Shown here piece after piece: positions 1-10,338 of a stretch of 64,000 nucleotides of DNA. The notes under the pieces are model-generated. The model saw nothing but the letters and a program-made list of their open reading frames with translations, ran no database searches and had not been told where the DNA came from. The translations under genes and the position numbers were made by a program. This DNA is from Thermoanaerobaculia bacterium (GTDB taxonomy: Bacteria > Acidobacteriota > Thermoanaerobaculia > Gp7-AA8), in the NCBI GenBank assembly GCA_035525285.1, contig DATLFB010000120.1:53149-117148 (forward strand), written 5' to 3'. Position 1 is the stretch's first letter, and every line of letters starts with the position of its first letter.

Positions 1-67
1 GGCGCTGCAGGACGTCGGGGTTTCTTCTTCGCAGCAGACGTCGCCTTCTTCTTCGCCGGCGTAGCCT

Positions 68-122
68 GGAAGGCGGACGTCCCGTCCGCCTTCCGAGTGG
101 CGGACGGGACGTCCGCCCTCCT
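68..122. repeat. Family A palindromic repeat (GGAGGGCGGACGTCCCGTCCGCC-N5-9-GGCGGACGrGACGTCCGCCCTCC)
   Basis: Two inverted half-sites, each an 8-bp-stem/TCC-loop hairpin; variant left end GGAAGGCGG. Confidence 0.8.
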
Positions 123-343
123 CGTCGGCGCCTTGCGCGAAGCAGCCGCGCGATTGCTGATCCATACATTTCCCGATCACTCCGGATCAGGCATGAGACT
201 CCTCGTAATGCCACAATTGGTCCTCCGCTTGCGGGCGTTTGCAGGGCTCGTTCCACGAAGGGCAGCGTGTAAGTCTTTTCTTATTAGCTTTTTACATCGA
301 AGTCGGCGCTGATCTTGCAAACGGAGCCCGTCTGGCAGAAGCA

Positions 344-2656
344 ATGTCCTCCTCAATCAGACGGATGCTCTGGGGAAGCTTCGCAGGGCTGACCCTCCTC
401 GTTGCCGCCGGCGTGGCGCTCACCATCGCCGTGCTGCGGATGGAGCAGCGCGTGGAATACGCGATCGTGCAGCAATCGCGGCCGCTCGTCGACGCCGTAC
501 GCACGATGGACGCGTCGCTGGCGACGATGGTCTCGGCCGCGCGCGGCTATCAGATCAGTCGTCAGACCGCCTTCGAGCAGCAGTATGCGGATGCCGCGCG
601 TGAGTTCGACAAGGCGAAGAATCTCGCGTTCGACAACGTCATCGATCCGCGCGACCGGCAGCTTCTGAACGAGTTCAATCAACACTTCCTGGAAATCAAA
701 CGGCGGCTCGACCGCCAGCTCGAGCTATTCGCGAACGAGCGCGATGCGACCAACCAGATGACGGCCATCGCGAATCTGCGACGCGACGCGCCCGACTACG
801 CGGGCCTCATCACCGAACGCGTTCGCGCCGAACAGGTCGCGGGAGTCGATCGCATCGCCAGCACGCGCCAGTGGGTGATGATGGCCATCGTCTTCTTCGG
901 CATCGGCATCATCGCCGCGTCGGCGATCGCGACGTGGCGCGTGGAGCAGTTGCTGCGCGAGACGATCAGCCGCCAGGGCCGGCGCACCGAGGCGATCATC
1001 GGCGGGATGTCCGACGGCGTGATGCTCGTCGACGGCGAGGGGCGCACGGTCTTCGTCAATCCGGCCGGACAAAAGCTCCTCGGCAAGTCCGACATCGACG
1101 TGCCGATCTATCGCCACTCCGAGGTGTACCGGTTGCGCGATGCACAGGGACGCCTGCTCGATCCCGGCGAGCTTCCCGCGGCGCAGGCGCTCTCCACCGG
1201 GCGCACCGTGCAGGACGTCACGGTCATCATCGCGCGCGACCAGGGACGCGTGGCCGTTTCCATGAGCGCCACGCCGCTGCACGAAGACAATCGCATCAGC
1301 GGCGTCATCGTGATATTCCGCGACATCACCGAGCGCCGCGCGCTCGAAGAGCAGATGCAGCTGCAGGGCGAGCGCGCGCAGATCCTCGCCGACGCCGGCG
1401 CGTTCTTCTCCAGCAACATCGATCCGACCTGGGTCACGCAGGCCATCGCCGAGCGCGTCGCGGAGATTCTCGGCGACTGGTCCGCGGTCATTCTCCGCAA
1501 CAGCCCCGACGCGAAAGATCTCCGCGTTGCCGCGATCTATCACCGCGACATCGCCTCCCTCGGACTGGCCTGGTCCTACATCTATCGCCAGCCGCTGGCC
1601 GTCGGCGACGGTCTGATCGGGCAGGTCGTCTCGACCGGATATCCCTCGCTCACGACCAACGTCGGACCGGCGATCGCCGCGCCGAGCGCCGGCGGGATGT
1701 ATCACAGCGCGCCGATGAAGATGGCCTCGCTGCTCGTCCTGCCGCTGCGCACGCGCCGCGAGATGATCGGCGCGATCGTGATCGCCGCGAATGATCCCGA
1801 GCGCGCGATGACCGACGACAAACTGCCGCTCGCCGAGCTTCTCACCGAGCGCGCCGCGCTCGCCATCGAGAACGCGAAGCTCTACACCGAACAGGTCGAA
1901 GCGCGGCGCAAGGTGGAAGACCTCTCGCGCCTGAAGGACGAGTTCCTCTCCATCGCCTCGCACGAGCTGCGCACGCCCGTCACGTCGATCAAGGGCTACA
2001 CCCAGCTCGCGAAGATGCTCATTCGCGAAGGCGACCTCGGGACGTCGGAGGAGTATCTCGACATCGCGCTCGACCAGATCGATCGCATGTCGCGGCTCAT
2101 CCTCGAGCTGCTCGACGTGTCACGCATCGAGACCGGGCGTCTGGAGATGCGCCGCGATCACATTCCGTGGGCGCACTTCGTGCGCGAAGTCGTGCATCAC
2201 CATCACACCGCGGTCAGCGACCGGCGCTTCCACGTCAGCGTGCCGTCGGACGGAAGGGTCGTCACCGGCGACCGCGACCGCCTCGAACAGGTTCTCGGCA
2301 ATCTGCTCGAGAACGCGGTGAAGTATTCGCCCGACGGCAGCGACGTGACGGTCTCCGTCGAAGACCGCGGCGATTCGCTGCTCACCGCGGTGTGCGATCG
2401 CGGCATCGGCATTCCGGCCGACGAGCTCGGCCAGGTCTTCGAACGGTTCCACCGCGGACGCCAGGTCTCGTCGACGAACTACGGCGGCCTCGGCCTCGGC
2501 CTCTACATCGCCAAGCAGATCATCGAGCGCCACAGCGGCTCGATCTGGGTGGAGAGCAAGGAAGGACAAGGCACGACGTTCTACTTCGCGCTTCCCGTCG
2601 CCGAACAGATGACGCACATGTCGCAGCCCCCAGCGCAAGCCGTCGCACATTCGTAA
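344..2656 (+). CDS. Sensor histidine kinase (TM, PAS/GAF, HisKA, HATPase_c). ORF opens at 239; ATG at 344 is preferred because it precedes a TM helix
   Basis: H-box SHELRTPVTSIKGY; G-boxes GLGLGLYIAKQIIERHSGSIWVESKEGQGTTFYF; N-terminal TM GLTLLVAAGVALTIAVL. Confidence 0.8.
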   Translation: MSSSIRRMLWGSFAGLTLLVAAGVALTIAVLRMEQRVEYAIVQQSRPLVDAVRTMDASLATMVSAARGYQISRQTAFEQQYADAAREFDKAKNLAFDNVIDPRDRQLLNEFNQHFLEIKRRLDRQLELFANERDATNQMTAIANLRRDAPDYAGLITERVRAEQVAGVDRIASTRQWVMMAIVFFGIGIIAASAIATWRVEQLLRETISRQGRRTEAIIGGMSDGVMLVDGEGRTVFVNPAGQKLLGKSDIDVPIYRHSEVYRLRDAQGRLLDPGELPAAQALSTGRTVQDVTVIIARDQGRVAVSMSATPLHEDNRISGVIVIFRDITERRALEEQMQLQGERAQILADAGAFFSSNIDPTWVTQAIAERVAEILGDWSAVILRNSPDAKDLRVAAIYHRDIASLGLAWSYIYRQPLAVGDGLIGQVVSTGYPSLTTNVGPAIAAPSAGGMYHSAPMKMASLLVLPLRTRREMIGAIVIAANDPERAMTDDKLPLAELLTERAALAIENAKLYTEQVEARRKVEDLSRLKDEFLSIASHELRTPVTSIKGYTQLAKMLIREGDLGTSEEYLDIALDQIDRMSRLILELLDVSRIETGRLEMRRDHIPWAHFVREVVHHHHTAVSDRRFHVSVPSDGRVVTGDRDRLEQVLGNLLENAVKYSPDGSDVTVSVEDRGDSLLTAVCDRGIGIPADELGQVFERFHRGRQVSSTNYGGLGLGLYIAKQIIERHSGSIWVESKEGQGTTFYFALPVAEQMTHMSQPPAQAVAHS

Positions 2657-2665
2657 TTCAATTTC

Positions 2666-5662
2666 ATGCGCCCTCTCCTGATCGCGGCCCTCACGCTCGC
2701 CGCCGTCCCCGCAACCGCCGAACTTCGCCTGGAGCTCGTGCGCGAATCGCTGACGGGGATGCATTGCAGGTATCGCGAGTATGTGGATGGGATTCCGAGT
2801 GATGAGTATGTGGAGGACAGGCAATCCTGCCTGTCCTGGAAAACACAGGGACAGGCAGGATTGCCTGTCCTCCACTTGTTGCGCATCCGGGGTCGTCTCG
2901 CAATCCGCGAAATCACGCACGAAAACAGCCTTCCCTTCGCCGAGGATCGCGATCTCGAAACCGGCACGCTCATCCGCCGCGTGCCCCTCTTCTTCAACGC
3001 GAAGCCGGCGCGCGTCTTCGACCCCAATCCCGTCGCCGCCCTCAACGACACAACGCTGCAGGACAACAACGACGCCGCCAGCGCCGTCCCCGGCTCCGCA
3101 TACAAACTCGTGGAGCTCGACAACGTCGCGGACAGCGGCCCGCTGCGCGGTCCGCACATCGCGCTGGTCGACCGGCAGGCGCCGGCGATCGCGCCGCCTG
3201 ATGCATCCGCGTCGCTGTTCTTCAACCGCAACGACGACGGCTTCGAAGACGTGAACGCGTACTTTCACGTAGATCGCACGCAGCGCCATCTGCAATCCCT
3301 CGGCTACACCGGCTCGCGCGCGATCGCCCCGTACGCGGTCGAGACCGACGCGCACGCGGGCAATCTCGATAACTCGCTCTTCCTCCCTTCGCCGACGGCC
3401 AACGGCATCGGCTCGCTCTACTTCGGCACCGGCGGAACGGACGATGCGGAAGACGCCGATCTCGTCGTGCACGAGTACGGTCACGCGCTGCTCGAGTGGA
3501 TCGCGCCCGGCACGTTCAGCGGCACGTTCAACAGCCAGGCGCGCGCGTTCAGCGAAGGCTTCTGCGACTACCTCGCCTTCTCCGCACACTACGCGCAGCG
3601 CGCCGCGTCGGGGCGCGATCCGTATTGCTTCGCCGACTGGGACGCCCGCTGCTGGACCGACGCGCCGTCGGAGTTGTGCGCCTACCGGCCGGACAGCGAC
3701 TGCCTCCGCCGCCTCGACAGCACGCGCACGATGGCGGACTACGAGAACAGCGAGAGCGCGGGCGCCGAGCATCGCAACGGCACGATCTGGTCGTCGGCGA
3801 TGCGCGAGATCTTCCATGCGCTCGGACGCGACGTCACCGACACGATTCTCATCGAGTCGACTTTCGGCGCGCCGCCGCTGCCGTCGTACGCGATCATGGC
3901 GCGGCGCCTCATCGAAGCCGATCGTCTGATTTACGGCGGCGCGCACGCGAGCGCGATCTGCGCCGCGATGACGAGCCGCGGCATCGTTACCGCGGAGACA
4001 TGCTCGATCGCGCCGCGCGGCGAATGGACGCACTTCCAGAGCGTCGCCGGCGCGATCGCGATTCCCGACGCGGATCCGGCGGGCATCGTCTCGACGCTCA
4101 CGATCGGCGACACGCGCACGATCGAGAACGTGTTCGTGCGCGTCGACATCGCCCATCCGTCGCGGGGCGATCTGCGCATCGAGCTCGTCGCGCCCGACGG
4201 CACGAAGGTGTTGCTGCAGCAGGTGTCGTTCGAGCGCACGCGCGACGTGCGCGTGACGTTCGGCGTCGACGCGAATCCGGTGCAGCCGCTCAGCGTGCTG
4301 CACGGCCGCGGCGCGAACGGCGTGTGGCAGCTGCGAGTCAGCGACCAGCGCCGGCGCGACCTCGGCACGCTGCTCTCGTGGGGCCTCGCGTTCCAGTTCG
4401 CCGGCGACGCGCCGCTCACGGAGCGCCCGCGGGCCTCGGACAGGCAGACGATTCCCGTGGTCGCGCGGCGACACGGCGCGTACGACACGTTCTTCGCGAG
4501 CGATCTGCGGATCACCAACCCGCTTTCGCAGCGCACGATTGCGACGCTGATCTTCACACCGAGCGGGGCCGATGGGCGGACGACGTTCTCCGCCGTGAAC
4601 CTCACGCTCGAAGGGGGGCAGACCGCGGGCTACGACGACGTCCTCGCGTCGCTCTTCAACACCACCGGCAGCGGCTCGCTCGAAATCCTCGGGCGTGTAG
4701 TCGTCATGAGCCGCACGTATACGCGGCGCGGCGGCGGCACGGTCGGGCAGCAGGTGCCGCCGAGCACCGCCGCGACCCGGCGCGGCGGCGACGGTCTGAT
4801 CGTCGGCGGATTCGCCGAGGAGGGGCAGCGCTACAACCTCGGCCTCACGGAAGTCGCCGGTCACGAGGTAGTGGTCCGCGCCGGTCCCTACTCGGCCGTT
4901 GTCGCGCCGTACAGCCACGTACAGTTTCCCGTCTCGTCGGAGCCGCTGCTGATCGAAGTCGTAGCCGGCGAGGGATCCGTCAGCGCATACCTTTCACAGG
5001 TCGACAACACAAATCGCGACGCGATGTTCCTCGAGGCGGAGAGCACCGGCCGCATCTGCTGCGTCCCGGGCATGGCACCAGCCGTCGACGCGACGGGCGT
5101 GAGCGGCGCGCGGTGGCGCAGCGACTTCTGGATCGCGGCAGCGGAGCCGAACGGCGTTGAGAAGCTCGACTTCGTCGACGCGGTAACCGGCGAGGCGACG
5201 AGAACGACGATGATTGTTCCGACGGCGGTCACCGGCATCCTCGAGGCACTCGTTGCGCGAACGCCCGCGTTCGGCGTGCTCCGCACGAGCCTTTTCACCG
5301 GCACCTTTCACGGCACGAGGATCGTCTCCGGCAACACATCGCAGTTCGTACCATTCGTCGTGGGCGGCAACGTCGCCGACCAGCACCTCGTCTTTATCGA
5401 GAGCTCACCCGCGTACCGTACGAACATCGGTATCGTCGACGACAGACCCGTGTACGCCGATGTGACCGTGTACGACAGCGCCGGACGCAGCATCCAGCAC
5501 GACGTGCTGCTCGGCGATCACGGCTTTGCGCAGGTTGCGGTGCGCGTGCCGGTGACGAACGGACACGCCGTCGTGCGGTGGCGCGGCAATGCCGGATACG
5601 CCTACGCGTCAATGATCGACAACGCAACGGGCGACGCGACCTACATCCCGGGCCGCCAGTGA
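2666..5662 (+). CDS. Secreted zinc metalloprotease (HExxH) with proprotein-convertase P-domain and two C-terminal beta-rich duplicated domains
   Basis: Signal peptide MRPLLIAALTLAAVPATA; VHEYGHALLEW zinc motif and downstream FSEGFCDY; P-domain-like GDLRIELVAPDGTKVLL...GVWQLRVSD; internal duplication (SDLRITNP.../SDFWIAA...). Family B palindromic repeat lies in-frame at 2810-2874. Confidence 0.7.
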   Translation: MRPLLIAALTLAAVPATAELRLELVRESLTGMHCRYREYVDGIPSDEYVEDRQSCLSWKTQGQAGLPVLHLLRIRGRLAIREITHENSLPFAEDRDLETGTLIRRVPLFFNAKPARVFDPNPVAALNDTTLQDNNDAASAVPGSAYKLVELDNVADSGPLRGPHIALVDRQAPAIAPPDASASLFFNRNDDGFEDVNAYFHVDRTQRHLQSLGYTGSRAIAPYAVETDAHAGNLDNSLFLPSPTANGIGSLYFGTGGTDDAEDADLVVHEYGHALLEWIAPGTFSGTFNSQARAFSEGFCDYLAFSAHYAQRAASGRDPYCFADWDARCWTDAPSELCAYRPDSDCLRRLDSTRTMADYENSESAGAEHRNGTIWSSAMREIFHALGRDVTDTILIESTFGAPPLPSYAIMARRLIEADRLIYGGAHASAICAAMTSRGIVTAETCSIAPRGEWTHFQSVAGAIAIPDADPAGIVSTLTIGDTRTIENVFVRVDIAHPSRGDLRIELVAPDGTKVLLQQVSFERTRDVRVTFGVDANPVQPLSVLHGRGANGVWQLRVSDQRRRDLGTLLSWGLAFQFAGDAPLTERPRASDRQTIPVVARRHGAYDTFFASDLRITNPLSQRTIATLIFTPSGADGRTTFSAVNLTLEGGQTAGYDDVLASLFNTTGSGSLEILGRVVVMSRTYTRRGGGTVGQQVPPSTAATRRGGDGLIVGGFAEEGQRYNLGLTEVAGHEVVVRAGPYSAVVAPYSHVQFPVSSEPLLIEVVAGEGSVSAYLSQVDNTNRDAMFLEAESTGRICCVPGMAPAVDATGVSGARWRSDFWIAAAEPNGVEKLDFVDAVTGEATRTTMIVPTAVTGILEALVARTPAFGVLRTSLFTGTFHGTRIVSGNTSQFVPFVVGGNVADQHLVFIESSPAYRTNIGIVDDRPVYADVTVYDSAGRSIQHDVLLGDHGFAQVAVRVPVTNGHAVVRWRGNAGYAYASMIDNATGDATYIPGRQ
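2810..2874. repeat. Family B palindromic repeat (GTGGAGGACAGGCrATCnnGCCTGTCC…GGACAGGCAGGATTGCCTGTCCTCCAC), in-frame in the metalloprotease CDS
   Basis: Long form with an 11-nt central spacer. Confidence 0.85.
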
Positions 5663-5678
5663 TATTCTTCGCCGCCAC

Positions 5679-6303
5679 TATGTCCGAACCCTTGCCACGG
5701 CAGGCGCTGCCGGAAGCGCAGACGCTGGCGCAGCTCCCGTTCAGGATCCTCGAGGAAGTGATCCGGCAAATGCGCTCGACGCGCAACGACATCATTCGTT
5801 TCGGCGTCTGGAACCTCCGCAACCTCACCGACGAAGACTTCAACAAGACCGACGACCGCAAGCTCCTCGGCTACTTCCGGCAGGACCTGCTGGAGACGCG
5901 GTTTCTCTCGAAGGGCCGCCGCATCGATCTGATCCAGCTCTGGAAGTGGTACGACGATCAGATGAGCGGCGTCGAGCCGCTGCTCGTCGACGGCGAAGAG
6001 CTCTTTCTCAACATCCAGGACAAGGACCTCGAGAAAGTGCGCAAGCGCATCGCCGAGATCCAGTCGTTCTTCGCCACCCTGCGCGGCGACGACCTCGACG
6101 CCTTCCGCCGCGTGAAGTACAAGCTCCGCCGCACGGTCCTGCGCCTCACCTACGACCTCCATCATCTGTTCAAGCGGCTGGAGAAGTACCGCAAGAATCT
6201 GATGATGGCCAGCGGCGCCCCGCCGCACATCGAGCGCGACCGCGTGCCGCTCGAAGCCGTGGCCGAGATTCCGGATCCGGTCGAAGAACACGACGAAGAA
6301 TAG
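5679..6303 (+). CDS. Hypothetical protein (charged, helical, no recognised domain)
   Basis: ATG at 5679 (MSEPLPRQ...) and TAG at 6301-6303, which is the first 3 nt of a family A repeat. Confidence 0.5.
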
Positions 6304-6357
6304 GAGGGCGGACGTCCCGTCCGCCCCCCCCCGTGGCGGACGAGACGTCCGCCCTCC
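6303..6357. repeat. Family A palindromic repeat between convergent genes; TAG stops of both genes lie in its termini
   Basis: taGGAGGGCGGACGTCCCGTCCGCCcccccccgtGGCGGACGAGACGTCCGCCCTCCta. Confidence 0.85.
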
Positions 6358-9300
6358 TACATCTCCACGTCCACCGTCTGCCCTTCCCCGACCATGATCT
6401 GCTTCGACTCGACCACGGCGTCGTTCGGGCCGAGTCGCTGCAGCGTGTAGCTGCCGGCGGCGACGTCGTCGACCGGCGTCGTGCCGGGACTCGGATTCAT
6501 CGTGATGAACGGCGGGCGGTAGCTCTGGCGCGGATAGACCACGCCGCTCGCGTCGAGGAGCCGCACGCGCTCGCGCGTGGAGTGCTTCGAGCGCAGCAGG
6601 ATCGTCGCGCCGCGCGACAGGATCACGGTCTCGCTCGACGGCGCGCGCACGTTCAGGTGACGCGTTCCATAGCCGGGCGCGGCAACCGTCACGTGATACA
6701 TCCCCGGCGCGAGGTACATCCGTACTTCCGTGTCTCCGCCGCCGAAGATCCCGCGGCTCTCGTGCGCCACGCGGCCCTGCGCATCGAACGCGCTCACGTA
6801 CGCCCCGATCTGCCGGCCGTCGCGCGCGTCGATGACCTTCAGCGTGAGCGCCTCGCCGCGTGCGATCCGCAGCTCGAGATTCTCGAGCGGGCGATCGCCG
6901 ACCGTCACGTTCTGCGCGTCGTTGCCGAATCCTTCCTTGTTTGCGGTCACGACGTACGCACCGGGCGGCACGACATCGAACGTGAACATTCCCGCGGCGT
7001 CGGTGCGGATGGCCTGCTCGCCGCGCGGCCCCTGCGCGCTGCCGGCGCGCATCAGCACCGTCGCGTTCTCGAGCGGATCGCCGGTCGATGAATCCGTGAC
7101 GCGGCCGCGCACACTCGTCGCCGTGTATTCGATGTCGAACGTCGACGCGCCGCGCACCTCGTACGTCGTCGTGTACGTCGAGAAGCGCTGCATGTCGGTG
7201 ACGTAGACGTTGTACTGCCCGTCCTCGAGTCCGCTCGCGCTGTACGAGCCGCTTTCGTCGGTCAACGCGCTCGCATTCGTCTGTGCGCCGCCCGGCCTCG
7301 GCGAGAACGACACCTGCGCGCCGGACACCGGCCGCCCGTTCCGCACCACCCGGCCGCTGATGACCGTGTCGCTGCGGAACTCGAGATCGACCTGCTGCGA
7401 CGCGCCGGCCGCAACCTGCACCGTCTGCGCGGGCGAGGTCTTGCGTCCGGTGAAATTGCGCGGCTGCACGACGGCCATCACGCGCACGGTTCCCGCCGGC
7501 GCGCCTTCGAGCCGGTACGCGCCGGATGCATCGACGGCCGCGTCGCTCATCACGCCGGTGCCGTACGCCTGCACCGTCGCCGACGCGAGCTCCTCCGCGG
7601 TCAGTCCGCGCACGAAGCCGAAGATCGTGCCGCCGCTCGAAAGCACGATGCGCACCGGCGTTCCCGCCGCCGCGTCGACGTCCTTCACCGTCCCGTCGGT
7701 GAATCCGGCTTTGGATGCGACGAACGTGTACCGCGCCGGCGAGAGCGAGTCGAGCTCGAAGCTGCCCGACCCATCCGTCTTCGCCGCGCGCGGCATTCCT
7801 CCAGTCATGCCGCGCGCCTGAACCTCGGCTTCGGCAACCGGCGCTCCGCTCTCCGTCACGACGACACCGCTCACGCGATGTCCCGCCTCGAGCTGCACGT
7901 CGAGACGCGTCTCGCGTCCCTTCAGCTCCACGGTCTTCCGCGACATCAGGTACTTCGCATGCGAGATCTCGATCGTCTCCTCGCCTGCTTCGAGCGCGTC
8001 GAGCTCGTACTCGCCGCTCGCGTTCGTCGCCGTCCGCTTGTCCGTCCCGCGAATCACGTTGCCGCCCATCGGCGAAATGCGCACTGTCGCGTCGGAGAGC
8101 GCGGTGCCGTCCGGACCGGTCACCTTGCCCACCAGCTTCACGCCGGTATCGAGCGCGACTTCGAGATCGTCGACCGGCTTCCCTTCCTCGACGTGAAGGT
8201 TCACGCGCGCGCTCGAGTATCCCGGCGCCTCGGCCACCAGGTTCATCGCGCCCGGGGGCACATGCTCGAGCGTGAACGAGCCGTCGTCGCTGGTGACGCT
8301 GCGCAACAGCGGCGGCGCCATCATCACCATCCCGCCGCCGCCGCCGCGCGACTGCGACATGCCGACCTGGAACGACGTCAGCGGCTTGCGCGTGTTCCTG
8401 TCGATCACGCGTCCGCTGACGCGCGTGCCGACCGGCAACTCGATGACGACGTCGCGTCCCGGCGCGGTGATCGTGCGCATCTCGCCGACCATCTCGTCTT
8501 CCTTGCGCAGATTGACTCGCACCGGACCGGGCGAAAGGCCGGAGAGCACGAACGAGCCGTCGGGCCCGGAGACCGCGCTCGCCGGATCGCCTTCGAGAAA
8601 GCCCATGATGGAGATGCCTTCGACGCCGCTGCTGCCGCGCGTCACGCGTCCGCTGATCTCCACGCTCGGCTCGAGCGACGCCTCGATCGTGTTCGTTCCC
8701 GCGGCCGTGATGCTCTTGCCGCGCACGTTCTTCGACGAGAAGCCTTCCCGGCGCAACTGGAAGTCATACGTTCCCTCGATCACGCGCAGCGAGAACGTCC
8801 CGTCGCTCGCGGTGCGCACCGACTCGTCCTCGGGATTCGCGAACGCTCCGATCATGAAGCGCTGCATGCCGCGCCGGCCTGTCTCCGCGGGTCGCGCCAG
8901 GACGGCGACGCCCGAAAGCGGATTGCCGTCGCGGTCGGTCACCTTGCCCGTCACCGCGATCCCGCTCGGAATCGAAATGACGACGCCCGATTTGCGATCG
9001 CCCGACGCGACCTTGATCGACTCGCTCGACGCCGCCGGCAGGCCGCGCTTCGCCGCGCGCAGCTTGAAGTCGGAGTCGCCGCTCACGCGCATGCTGAAGC
9101 GGCCGTCCGGGCCCGAGACCGCGCGCGAATCGCGCGGACCGGTGCCGCGCATCACCATCTCCATGCGATCGCGACTCTCCTGCACCGTCACGGTCGCGAC
9201 AGCAACCGGCTTTCGCTCCTCGTCGACGACCACTCCGCTCACGCGCGCGAGCTGCGTGAACGTCAGCTCCTTCGTTACCGACTGGCCGGCCGTCACGCTC

Positions 9301-10319
9301 ACGTCGGTCGCACGTCCTTCGTACGCGGGATGCGACGGGAAGATCATGTACGCCCCCGCGGGCACGCTCAGCGTGAAGTTGCCCTTCGCGTCGGTGAGCG
9401 CCGACCAGCGGTCGAAGCCGAACGGACGCCGCTCACCCACGCGCACATACGCACCCGCGATCGGAACCTTCGTCTTCGCATCCGTGATCCGCCCCCCGAC
9501 CGTCGCCCCCTTCTCGACCTTGATGACGTAGGGGCGGGCTTCAGCCCGCCCATCGCGCGTCCGCGCGCCAAAAAAACTTCCCGACTGCGCCATCAACGCG
9601 CTCCACTTCGCCGGCGCGTGCGCGACCTTGAACGTCCCGTCCTCACCGCTCTCCGCCACCGGCCAGCGATCGATGAAGATCGTCGCCTTCGCGACGGGGG
9701 TCTGCCCGTCGGCGCCGACGACCTTTCCTTCCACGCTCGTTCCCGCGCTCAGCACGCGATTCAGATTCGCGACGCGATTCGGAAGAAACGGAGTGTCGTC
9801 TTCGACGATCGCGAGCTCGGGATGCAGCACGAGAATGCGCGCGTTCTTCGGCTCCGCCGTTTCGTAACGCCCTTCCGCATCGGTCTTCGTCACGTGCGCC
9901 GCCGCGCCGAACGAAACGACGACCGTCGCGCCGGCCACCGGCTTGCCGCCCGCCTTCACGCTGCCGCTCTTCCACTCCGCTCTCGCCAGCACGATCGCGC
10001 CCGCGTCTTCATCGCGCTCGATCGTCCGCAGCAGCGGCGTGTAGCCGCGCGCCACGATCTGCAGGATCGCCAGCGGATCCTTCGGCGACTCGAACGTGAA
10101 GCGTCCTTTCGAGTCGCTTTGCGTCTTCGCGAGCGCAACGCGCTCGGGCGAGTCGGACACGAGACGCGCGACGCGCACCTGACTCGTTTCGATCGCGTGG
10201 ATCGACACCGCCGCGCCGGCGACCGGCTGTCCGTCGTCGGTCATCAGCGTCCCGGTGACTGCGGCGAACGCCGAAACGGCACACCACAGCAAAGCGAGCA
10301 GAAGAATCGGACGTTTCAT
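6357..10319 (-). CDS. Giant secreted protein (1320 aa) made of many carboxypeptidase-regulatory-like / Cna-B-type beta-sandwich repeats
   Basis: Signal peptide MKRPILLLALLWCAVSAFA; about 12 repeats of GxVxDxxGxPLxGAxV modules. Stop codon lies inside the family A repeat at 6357-6359. Confidence 0.7.
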   Translation of the reverse strand: MKRPILLLALLWCAVSAFAAVTGTLMTDDGQPVAGAAVSIHAIETSQVRVARLVSDSPERVALAKTQSDSKGRFTFESPKDPLAILQIVARGYTPLLRTIERDEDAGAIVLARAEWKSGSVKAGGKPVAGATVVVSFGAAAHVTKTDAEGRYETAEPKNARILVLHPELAIVEDDTPFLPNRVANLNRVLSAGTSVEGKVVGADGQTPVAKATIFIDRWPVAESGEDGTFKVAHAPAKWSALMAQSGSFFGARTRDGRAEARPYVIKVEKGATVGGRITDAKTKVPIAGAYVRVGERRPFGFDRWSALTDAKGNFTLSVPAGAYMIFPSHPAYEGRATDVSVTAGQSVTKELTFTQLARVSGVVVDEERKPVAVATVTVQESRDRMEMVMRGTGPRDSRAVSGPDGRFSMRVSGDSDFKLRAAKRGLPAASSESIKVASGDRKSGVVISIPSGIAVTGKVTDRDGNPLSGVAVLARPAETGRRGMQRFMIGAFANPEDESVRTASDGTFSLRVIEGTYDFQLRREGFSSKNVRGKSITAAGTNTIEASLEPSVEISGRVTRGSSGVEGISIMGFLEGDPASAVSGPDGSFVLSGLSPGPVRVNLRKEDEMVGEMRTITAPGRDVVIELPVGTRVSGRVIDRNTRKPLTSFQVGMSQSRGGGGGMVMMAPPLLRSVTSDDGSFTLEHVPPGAMNLVAEAPGYSSARVNLHVEEGKPVDDLEVALDTGVKLVGKVTGPDGTALSDATVRISPMGGNVIRGTDKRTATNASGEYELDALEAGEETIEISHAKYLMSRKTVELKGRETRLDVQLEAGHRVSGVVVTESGAPVAEAEVQARGMTGGMPRAAKTDGSGSFELDSLSPARYTFVASKAGFTDGTVKDVDAAAGTPVRIVLSSGGTIFGFVRGLTAEELASATVQAYGTGVMSDAAVDASGAYRLEGAPAGTVRVMAVVQPRNFTGRKTSPAQTVQVAAGASQQVDLEFRSDTVISGRVVRNGRPVSGAQVSFSPRPGGAQTNASALTDESGSYSASGLEDGQYNVYVTDMQRFSTYTTTYEVRGASTFDIEYTATSVRGRVTDSSTGDPLENATVLMRAGSAQGPRGEQAIRTDAAGMFTFDVVPPGAYVVTANKEGFGNDAQNVTVGDRPLENLELRIARGEALTLKVIDARDGRQIGAYVSAFDAQGRVAHESRGIFGGGDTEVRMYLAPGMYHVTVAAPGYGTRHLNVRAPSSETVILSRGATILLRSKHSTRERVRLLDASGVVYPRQSYRPPFITMNPSPGTTPVDDVAAGSYTLQRLGPNDAVVESKQIMVGEGQTVDVEM

Positions 10320-10338
10320 GGCATGAGTATGACGCCGG

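Noticed and set aside
97-312. 71-aa ORF, and the possible partial gene at 1-64, upstream of the first sensor kinase
   Set aside because: Both overlap a family A repeat (68-122), and translation is dominated by the repeat peptide (ADGTSALL…); no independent support.
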